A stretch of 25,612 nucleotides of DNA from Atractiella rhizophila (lineage: Eukaryota), in contig MU271335.1 of NCBI GenBank assembly GCA_021432655.1, positions 62,001 to 87,612 of the forward strand, read 5' to 3'. The position numbers were made by a program, and so were the translations under genes. Below the pieces are notes generated by a model, which worked only from the letters and a program-made list of their open reading frames with translations, ran no database searches and had not been told where the DNA came from. Every line of letters starts with the position of its first letter. Position 1 is the first letter of the stretch. Positions 15,001 through 24,162 of this stretch are shown in pieces.

Positions 15001-17045
15001 GCTTCTCCGGGCTGCTTAGAACTAATTAATACGTTGTTCTAAACCAGGACACCATGTGCAGTCTGCTCTGTAGCCGCTCTAATAGCTAAAAGACTTGTCA
15101 CTTTGGGTATCCGGTAGGGAGCCGCTCGGCGAATCTCTGTATACCCTTGCAGCCTTTGGCACCGATCTTTTGACGAGGTGAACACTGCAGTAATCAATAC
15201 AACCTCCCTTTTGTTAAGGTAGATCGCAACGTAGACAGTCGGGAGTTGTCGAATAGCTGCGACTTCCGAACGGACACTTGGAATGTCTCTAAGTTAGTTT
15301 GCGACCGTTCCAGTAGAGGTTCCCGCCCCAGCTGATGTAGTGTTTAAAGAAGGCCGTAGAACAACCACTATTCAGTCTCCGCCAACTGGACTGGTTTTTC
15401 TTGAGGTCGAAATAACGAGAGTGAAAAGGACGCATAAGATTCCTAATGTTGCTACGCGGTAGCAGCCTATGCAATGTGCTTCAATGATAGCCTCAGCTGC
15501 GGCAGCTTGAGTCTCATCTAGACGAGAGCGGTTCACCCTTTTCGGGCTGATGCGGTGTGTAAGGAGGAGACCTGAAACACCGTTGTGTTAACCGACGCGA
15601 CTCTATAAGTCATGGGAATGGGTAGCACATATGGCAGGCTTGGGTGAGCGTTCCACCGTACAAGGGTCTGCTGCGGTACCGTCTTATGAAACTAGAAAAC
15701 TTTGAACCTTCTTCTAACCCTACGCTTAAGTAACTGTACCTTCAAGCTACCAGACTTGTACAGTACGTCCTTAAACAGCGACGGTTCCCAATAAGCTCTT
15801 AGTAACCAAGCACCGTACTAACCTGTCCGTTAAACTTTACCCTATCAGCCCTCCAAGCTCTCTCCAAAAAACGCCTAAAGACTTATACCTCTATAACAAT
15901 TTTAGCAAAGTTTCCGCTGCCTGCGCAGCCTGTTGTAGCTTTACGAATTGAAGGCATCAACCCGACGGCGAGCAAGCGGGTTCGGAGAATATAGCGACTT
16001 ATACCCAGAGCTTCCAGTTGAGAGTGCGTAGGAAACAGGTACAAAGTGCTAGCAGTGAGTAGGTGACGAAGGGTTGTTTCGGCGGGGTCCAGTCGAGTGT
16101 AAAAATCTCCAAGTCTTTCCTGAACTTGAACGACCGCTTTATGGGTTTTTCGCTAAGATAGAGAAGCCCTGAGGTTAGTTTGTCAGGTTTAGGGGTGAAT
16201 AGGTGTTATGACCTAAGGTCTCTGAGCCGAACGGTGTACAAATGCCTAACGTACTTACGCTGTGCCAAGTGCCTCTCCAGCCCTCGAACTAAGCAGTTGG
16301 GCTAAAACCGCCTCGAAGGCAGTGCTATGGCGTATTTCAGTCGTAATAGGGCGAAAACCTACTCCACTGTCCAGTACGATTTTGGTAACCACGGCACTTG
16401 TGCTAGTAGGGACACGTGAGTGCAAGGCCCTGTTTCGAAAATCCGCTGTTATGCCTAACCGACCCGTATCACTGAGACTAACTCCGAAGCTAAAACGGGC
16501 CAGTGACGTAGAGGGGCAGAACGTGCCGTGAACAGTAGCCACGACCACCTTGATCAGCTCGCCGTTAGATACGTGAAGTAGTCATACCCAAATTCGTGTA
16601 AATGAATAAGTTGGCATGTAACGTCGTACCGTAGAGCCAGAGATTGTCAAAGCTATTTTCGATGTTATAACAAGGAGAGCTGAGAAACTGGTCCAAAGGC
16701 TTACCTGGTGGGCGACAATAGTAGAGGTGCCAAGGACGAAGACGTGTCTGGTGACTTGCTAGAGCCAGGTGGGAATGCCTTCCTTAGCAATAGGGGAACA
16801 GCTATAAGCTGGCACTTGTTCCGCCTCAACATTATCTATACCGGATAGCTGGCAAATAATGCGGTAACGACCTGGAGTATTTTTGTCGATCGCCAGACAC
16901 CCAAGGGCCATCGCCCTATCTTTAGGACGAGCTCGTTCCGAAGTTCGTCAAGGCTACGACCTGCCCTTTTGTAGGAGGGTTTGTGCGTTAGGCGGTTCGT
17001 CAAGACGTCCTCATGGTAGAACTCCTTGCCTGTAAACACTTAACT
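12001..17045. other. Complement-only copy of ARO1 (apparently a second allele)
   Basis: The complement matches 1899-6942 with scattered, mainly synonymous substitutions and one +1 homopolymer insertion at ~15866-15871. Confidence 0.96.
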
Positions 17046-17710
17046 GACTTTCATACGCAAGGAATTAGAGTGAAAATACTTGAACAACTGGACAAACGTG
17101 CCCGTATCCTACACAGGTACTTAACGATACTACGTTAAGTAGCGTGGTGGGAGATTCGATGAATGATGACTCTCAAACCCTACAATTACGTCAGCTTAAA
17201 AGGACAGTCTGGCTCCCGACCACATTCCGAGGTCTGGTTAACGTAAGAAGCTTTCTTGGGCGTATGGACGATTACGATAATCATTTGGTAAGCGTTAAGG
17301 GCGACTGGTAACCACACTGCTCGTTCACTTAAAGTGGACGGACTCTAGAGGTCGCGAAACGGTGTAGTCTAGTTTTGACTAATGACAACTGGAAGTACCA
17401 GATCAGACAGTTCAATGTTGATAACGTGACGTTCACCTTATAATGTATCTACATCCATCCTTGGACCAACTTGACGGTGTTGGTTGGTTAGTACCCTTCA
17501 TCATCGAAAGAAACACCGTCTATGTCAAAGACTTTCTCACTCCACTACTGTGAAAAACTGAAATGGAGGAGGTTGTCAATTCTCCATAGGAGGTCATTTG
17601 ACCGGTCATAGGAACATTGGACGTTTCAGACGTAGTGTTATACGGAATTTACCGACTCTCTATAGTTTCAGACTCCGTCTTATGAGTTACGTGTACAGAA
17701 CCTAGGGAAC

Positions 17711-19415
17711 GCAACCTAATCCACAATATAACAACAGAAACACACCAGTCGGTGGAAACGACACAAATGAGTGAAGTATCAAAGAGGGATCTCCCGTCAG
17801 AACCACCAGTAGTAGAAACTGGTGGTTGAGGACAGGGGATCGAAGTAGGTCGGAGGTAAAGAGAGTACCATCGCTCTCGTCACCGATCCCTAACTGTCTA
17901 GTCAACCTTAAAGTTAAAAGTTATAACGGTGGGTGAATCAACTTTTAAAACTGGTGGGTCGGTGAGAAACAGGTTAGCTAAGTTCTGAAACCCTAGTATT
18001 AGCTCCGAGAGGATGCCTGCCGGGATAGGGGGTAAACTGCTTCTAGTCTGCTAGGTTTGAGCCTTAAAATAGCGGTACAGGCTTCTTTCATTTTAAAACT
18101 AGTGGGGGGAACCTCTCTTCTTGATACCGTGGACCACGTAGCTATACGTTCGACTTAATTACGCTTTCCCCGATACCCCCTAACACACACCTCTCTTCTT
18201 CTTCGGACAACTGAACTTCCTCCCTTTCGTTACCCTTTTCCTCGCGTCCTTACGACAAGGAGTCGGACCTTAGGTGGGTCTTCCGAGTACACCACAGACA
18301 ATAAGTTCTAGGTCAGTTCTAGACCAGGTGGGAAGTTTTTTAGGTAGTCGTCTTCTCCAGAAGGTGTACAAAAGGGATTCCTGGGACGAACGAGAGGTCT
18401 TCTTTCGTCTACTTAGGGACCAGTGGGAGACACGGTCTTCGCTGGTCGACAAAGGCCTGAAGTGGTTATGTGAGAGGTTCCTGATAAGGGAGTTATTAAA
18501 CTTCCTCCTGAAAGTTAGGAAGCGAGAGTAAGCGAGGAATCCGGGTCTTATGCGATCAAAAACAGGTCTTGTAGTGGGAATACTGGAGGTGACTGGAGGT
18601 TAGCTAGTTTGTTCGTAAGATGAGCTAGGTTCGGTGGTTCTTGAGTCTCCTTCGGTAGAGGTTGTTAGTTTACCGTTTAGTCCGTAGGTCGTCGTTGTCT
18701 CCTGCTCCTCCTACCGTAGGGTCTCCACCGTCTCCACCACCTTCTCCTCCTTGAGCTCTAAAAAGCGTTGGACTCACGTTGATGACGGTGTCCTTCCCGG
18801 TGAAGCAGAGGGTAACAGGTCTTTGGGGATAACCTGTGTTATCCTAGCTTGATCTGTTCATGTCCTGCTTCATACCCTTCGACCTTCTACGTTTCCTTCG
18901 AGTTCACCTACCCCTTCCCAGTCTTAAGCAACCCCTCTGGTCAATACGTCGCCATCTACTACGGTAATCAACGGTCTTTCGACCCTGACTGACCGAATAG
19001 CTATGTCCCCGTTGAAGTAGTTACTGGGGTGTGGTGGTTAAGAAGTTTAGGATAGCTTTTGTGCAACATGGGTAGTCTCAACGATTACCTCTTCACTAGA
19101 CCAGTTGACCCTAACCTCTCCACCATTAACTCCGTTTTTAACCTCCTATTTTTTAAACTACTTCCAGTGGTAAGTTCTATGGGATGTGCAAGGGTTCGAA
19201 ACATCGTTAGACGATAGGCAAAAGTTCGAGTGATATAAGTTCTTGTACTGACATAGTGACCCTTGTTTCATGCGAAGGAGTTCCTGCCTTTAGAGACAAA
19301 ATGTCGGTGTCAGCTGGTGTCCTCTCCTTGGTACTCACGGTAGTAACTACTTTCTTGTGAGTACCGGAGTCTTAAGCAACGTGTGCGGAGGTGATGGTGA
19401 GATTTGTGAAGGGAC
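17711..19415. mobile_element. Complement-only copy of copia element A (LTR 17711-17866, PBS, gag-protease)
   Basis: The complement matches 7608-9310 with SNPs, an 11-bp deletion and a 16-bp insertion around 18246-18290. Confidence 0.93.
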
Positions 19416-19550
19416 ACATTCCTAGACTCCGATCCTCATCAACGACCAGTTATTACTCGTGGTTGTGAGGATCCGTCTTGATTTGATGTATCACTACTGA
19501 GTATACTCAGTATGCTCCGTCTACTGGTTTTGTTGTGTGATGTTGATTGT
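19416..19550. repeat. 3' LTR (135 bp) of nested copia element B, readable by reading the + strand backwards
   Basis: Backward reading gives TGTTAG...CTTACA (TG...CA, 5/6 inverted termini), preceded by polypurine tract AGGTGGGAG (19559-19551). Confidence 0.8.
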
Positions 19551-20130
19551 GAGGGTGGACCCGTCGGCAGAGAACTACGAGGGTGGTGGAGGTCTCTTAG
19601 AGGCTGGCTTAAACATGTTACATATGGGCCATATTTCGTCTTTCGTATAATCAAAAAGATACTTTTCTTCTCCTTTCAGGAGCGTGGCGAATGTCGCCAC
19701 AGAATATTGGGGTGTCTCCTCCTTTTCTAAAAATAACGCGGGGTATTGACGGAGTCTGTGAACCCATCCCCGCATTTGGGTAGTATTGAGCTTTGAACAG
19801 GTGTGACCGCTGACCTTCACGGAACCATTCCTCCAGGCAACCGTATAACTGTGGACCTGTCTTCTGACCTGACTAGAACGGGTAGAGTTGTTGTAGGGAC
19901 TCGGTTATTTTCGCTTCCAGGTCCACAAAGTAAGCTGGTACCACGAGTCCCAAGAACCTATGGACATCTCGCGACGATGACAGACACTTCTCCCCTCATC
20001 CTGGAACTCCTCGCTTCGGTTAAAGAAGATTTTCTAAGGAATCGGTCTGCTGAAGAACCGGTCGACTCTGAGGACTCTGTATAAGGCAAGGCATCACTTA
20101 TCTAGCTCCTAACAAACGACGAGGTTACTG
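19551..20130. mobile_element. PPT, 3' UTR and RNase H of copia element B (backward reading)
   Basis: Backward translation EYVSGVSAGQEVVWLRNLLEEIGF...TPLFTDSSSALQVSKNPEHHGRMKHLDLRFYWLRDVVE...NMPTDLLTKALP...FRVMMGLRPYPSV*, stop at 19755-19753. Confidence 0.9.
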
Positions 20131-20449
20131 CGGAACGGATGTCCATCAACTTCGTGGAACAGTATGACGAAGTCGCACGATCGATGGCAACTAGCTAGGT
20201 CAACTCCCTCTGCTGCGTGAGGGTCAGACCTGCTTGATGCAGGTGCGCCATAGACGAAAATACCTGGTGGTCACGATTTCTGACCCTAAAGAACCTAGGT
20301 AACAGATTCGTCAGATGAGCTTACCGGTTGCTTACTAACCTGTTCACTCAGCGTAGAAACGCAAATCCTCCAGGATTTGCAGAAGTGATGACGGATACAG
20401 GATCAAGCTTGCATCCTTACATTCCGAGTCAAACCTGTAGGGGATGAGC

Positions 20450-20810
20450 GAGACTTCAATCGTGAGACGATAGCCACAAGTTTGAATGATAGTAGCTTTC
20501 TCACTGACCCTGGTAGTACATCCTCGTGCTCATGCGAGATTAGTTCCGGCTTTTAGGCGTCTATAGTGACGCTTGGTCAACTAGTGTCCTCTCCTTCGTA
20601 CGTGACGTTTGAGTAACTATCTTCATTGTGAGTACCGGAGTCAAGCAACTGTGCGGAGGTGGGGGAGGTCCTGCGAAGGGTGACCGTATCTGCTCAATGG
20701 GTTATATTTAGTCCTTCTATATTTCGATTACGACTTCTTCCCTTCTCCCTTACTAGGACCTGCGTCTGCTGCGAAGACCGCGATAGACACTTCGGGATGT
20801 AGCTCCTCCT
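20450..20810. mobile_element. Error-rich copia protease-to-integrase linker fragment (complement reading, same orientation as element A)
   Basis: The complement resembles 9090-9310 (e.g. CACAGGAGAGGAA, AACACTCATGGCCTCAG, CACGCCTCCAC) and continues TGGCATAGACGA (WHRR). Many indels. Confidence 0.65.
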
Positions 20811-20839
20811 CGTCGTGAACCTAGACGCGAAGATTGACC

Positions 20840-23312
20840 GAGTCCCTGTGCCCATCCCCGCATTTGGAGTAGTGGGCTCTGAAGACGTGGACCGCTCACC
20901 TTACGGACGTTCTGGAGGCAATGGTTAACTGAATGGCCTAACTACGACCTGACTAACGTTTAGAGTCTCTTTACTACCCAGACTCGGTTATTCGCTTCGG
21001 TCCACATAGTCCGTCGGTACCCCGCGTCCTATTTTGGACATTCGCGACGAAGACCCCCAATATTCTCTCGAAATCCGGGATACTCCTAGTGGGATGACGA
21101 AGAATCTCTAAGGATCGATTCTACTGAAGAACCACTCGACACTGAACTGTACTACGGCATATCTGTCTCGTTGCTCCCTAACGTCAAATGACGAGGTTGA
21201 CTGACGAGGCAACGGATAGACCTCCTCTATCGGAGGGCATCTTGCAAGCGTCTATAGGACCGTGGGTCGTTTTCGCCGATAGTGTCTTCCGCACTTTTCC
21301 GACGTACTCCAGTTTTGGTCAACGTCTTATGAGTCTACGGATTCAAGACTCGGTGGAGACTCCATAGCATCTTCTACGAACCGGTGAAGGTGTCACGAAG
21401 ATCGGACGCGATCTCTCCATCACAGACTCCTGTCTCTGAAACGTACTCGTTATAGACCGGTGCTCCATACTCTACCGGATAGTTACATAGTAGTATCTCG
21501 GTTGTTGCAACGACATTGGCTATCACGCGTAGGTCGTAGTCTACAAGAAGGAAACAGACTCCTGTCAGGACGAAGCGACTCTGGCACCGGTTGCGACTCT
21601 CCTCACTCCTTGTCCGAACGTCAGTAGGTAGACGACCGCATATCTCTTCCAGGAATTGTATGACGAGGACTAGGTTGGTGTAGTAAGAACGCGAAGGATA
21701 GTGCGGATTATGCTTGGGGTTCATTCTTAAGGCACCCAGGTTCCAGAGATTCGAACTTAGCGAAGGGGTTGAGGGAGAACTTCAGGAGGTGTCGTGGGAA
21801 CCTGCACGATCGTTAGCATTATAGTAGGTGTTTCTGACCCTGTTCGTGGAACTGCAGGGGTAAGCTCATTTAGGTGTCTGATCTCAGCGAGAACTGGAAG
21901 CATTTAGGGTATCTTTGCTCAAGGAATAGGCTCAAAGAAGACGGTAACTGTGGGAGGAACGGAACACGGTATCTACCGGAACTAATCAGAACTCTTGCAT
22001 GAGACCTCCTGGGACTCCTACTGGAAGACCGACGAACACGTATCTGGAGACGTAGGTATAGCGGTAAATTCTTTCGGCATCTCTATAGGTGACTGAGGTT
22101 GAGGTACAGGTTCTGTGTTCGTTCGCTTTCCTAGCAGGATTCACAGCGGGTAAACTGGCAGCTACGCTTTCATAGTTTCATCAGTTTAGGTCCCGCAACC
22201 CTCTTCGGGAACTACTGCTTAGATCGGAATATTGCGAGTTAACTCGGTAGGCTGAAGAAGAACTAGCGTTTGTGGGTAGCCCTGGGTTACTAGAAACGAG
22301 GGAATCCGCCGAAATGGTCTTGGGTTGAGAACAACAGGTTCACGCGAACTTGGAGGAAGTGGCAGCGGAGTACGGTCACAAAGCGTAGAGCTCAGAAGTA
22401 CCGAGGACTTATACTGACCCCCTGAGATAAGGACGCAGGGACGTAGATACCGTACGAGTCACTGTTCGTATTTCGGTATGAGGTAGCGAAGTCCGAGGCA
22501 TTCTTACGTTGTAAGGAATTGGTCGTAACGGTTCGAGCAGGAGTCTCGAGAGCAGCACACCAACCCCGTCGAACCCACGGATCTTGACGCTGACCACCAG
22601 AGGAGATGGCAAGTCCTATTTCAGAATTCACACTGTCCACCTCCTCGACGTCGCCGTCCTCATCAGCTAGACCTCCGCAGTAGACCTCACCTAGACCGCT
22701 AAGACTCACAGATCCGTGGTACTAATCAGGACAGGTTCCCAGAGAGACTCCAATGTTCTGCTCACCACCACAATGATCCGGCAAGTCCTCGACGACACCG
22801 CCCAGACCTCGAAGAAGGGAGAGAACGAGGCGAAGGACTAGAAGAGGAAGTAGGGACTTCCGCAAGTTTTGCTAAACCTCTCTAAGGTTCGGGACTCCAG
22901 AGACTGCAAGAGGAGACACTAGGTAGGTATAAGAGGAACGGTAACAGAAGATCGCTTTAGGATCCGCTCCTCGCCGTCCTCGTGATGAGACAAGTAGAGG
23001 GTGGACTAGGACTGCAAGAAAGGTGAGCAGGTCACCAGGGACTCCGCCAAGGTTGCATAAGAAGAAGGAGGATTGAAACGTCTCGTAGAGAGAGAGTAGT
23101 TTAAACCGTTATAGAGCTCGTATCTGGAAGAATCTGTGACCTAGGGTCTTGAGGGTGGGAAAGCGACCATCTCATACGGATATTTCCGCGTAAAAGCTCA
23201 TACTCCTAGGAGTCTGACACGGATCAAAGCACACGCCTTAGATACCATCTATCCTTCGACTCCCTCTGAGACTTTGCGCTTTATCACCGGTTAACGGACT
23301 ATGTTAAAGCTA
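20840..23312. mobile_element. Error-rich copia pol segment 'C' (RNase H - RT - integrase C-terminal region; backward reading)
   Basis: ~20840-21170 repeats the RNase H of 19760-20100. ~21170-22645 is a noisy complement of 24163-25612. 23100-23210 read backwards gives DPHTRKCAFIG and GWEFWDPVSKKV, the conserved copia post-integrase (SH3-like) motif. Confidence 0.8.
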
Positions 23313-23474
23313 ACCTCTTAGCCTCACGAACTACCTCGATCCCCTGTCTCTAACAACCAGTTTCTACTACTGGCGGATGTGACGGGGGATCCCCCGATTT
23401 TGAGGCTTCACTTCGTTTGTTTTGTCTCCACCGACTGGTGTGTTTGTAGGTCTTTATATTGTGGATTAGGTTGT
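23313..23474. repeat. 3' LTR (~162 bp) of copia element 'D', same LTR family as 7608-7763 (backward reading)
   Basis: Backward reading TGTTGGATTAGGTG...ATTCTCCA, preceded by PPT AGGTGGGAG (23483-23475). Confidence 0.82.
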
Positions 23475-24137
23475 GAGGGTGGACCCGTCGGCGGAGAACT
23501 CGAGGGTGGTTTAGGCTCTTGGTAGGTCTTATTGGTAAAACTACTGGTTACTTCGAGGGTGGCTTACTTCCGTAGTACTTCACTGTAGTGTGTTTCTTTT
23601 GTATAATCAATTTACAGATTTTGGTCATCTCTCTAGGAGCATGGCGAATTCGCCGCAGAATATTGGGGGTCTTCCTCCTGTCTCAAAATAACGCGGGGTA
23701 TTGACGGAGTATGTGAACCCATCCCCGCGTCTGGGTAGTAAAGAGCCTTGAAACATTGCGGTCGTTTGGCCATTCCAGGAACGACTGCTGCAGGACGTCC
23801 GTTTCGTTAGCGGTCCCGTCTTCCCGACCCCACTACTGAGGTCTAGATACTTGCAATGGGTTATCGCTTTAGGAAGAGAACTTCGTTGTCCCTCACCAGG
23901 TACTTCTAGACTCGACTAGGAAGGATTTTAAAGGCAGAGGGATAAGAGACGTCGGAACAACATCTAGGATACAACGAAGGGTCGATACGTCCCGAGTGTT
24001 TATCCCAGTCCTCGCAGAAGACTCAGGTCCCAGTAGGGGAAGTGTTCAGGAGAGAAGTCGTAAGCGAAATATAGAAGTTCTAAGTTCACCCGTTCAGAAG
24101 ATACGGTGTCCCTTCGCAAGTCCCCCACCACCTCTGT
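23475..24137. mobile_element. Internal part of copia element D: integrase N-terminus joined directly to RNase H C-terminus and 3' UTR (backward reading)
   Basis: Backward translation LNASLWHRRLAHLN...ICEPCIAGKQHR...GRISSDLHGPLPVASREGFRYWVTFID, then at ~23844 switches to RNase H tail sequence ending KFREMMGLRPYPSV* (stop 23710-23708). The 3' UTR is homologous to 19551-19755. Confidence 0.8.
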
Positions 24138-24162
24138 NNNNNNNNNNNNNNNNNNNNNNNNN
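24138..24162. other. Assembly gap, exactly 25 N
   Basis: A run of 25 N separates the complemented block from normally written sequence. Confidence 1.

Larger units (their letters stand above)
9319..24137. other. ~14.8 kb block written as complement-without-reversal of genuine sequence (probable assembly/gap-fill artefact)
   Basis: Base 1 GTACTCCAACTACCC corresponds to 10108 CATGAGGTTGATGGG; the ARO1 ATG at 1899 to TAC at 12001; the stop at 6940-6942 to ACT at 17043-17045; 9318 to 19423. The offset stays at 10102-10109 throughout. The six normal frames give no credible protein, while complement and reverse readings give recognisable proteins. Confidence 0.98.

Noticed and set aside
12001..17045. 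A true tandem duplicate or pseudogene of ARO1
   Set aside because: It cannot be transcribed into AROM from either strand as written, and is better explained as mis-written allelic sequence.
9319..19423. A biological mirror duplication, parallel-strand copying product, or new antisense/defence system
   Set aside because: No known enzyme yields a parallel complement. The block starts where the contig enters a repeat, has homopolymer errors and ends at an N gap, all of which point to software.
9319..24137. All ORF-track entries in this interval (e.g. 10529-11104, 13581-13991, 16255-16548, 19803-20084, 21374-21724, 22392-22709) as novel genes
   Set aside because: They are chance frames in complement-only sequence with no recognisable motifs. 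The real coding signal appears only after complementing or reversing.
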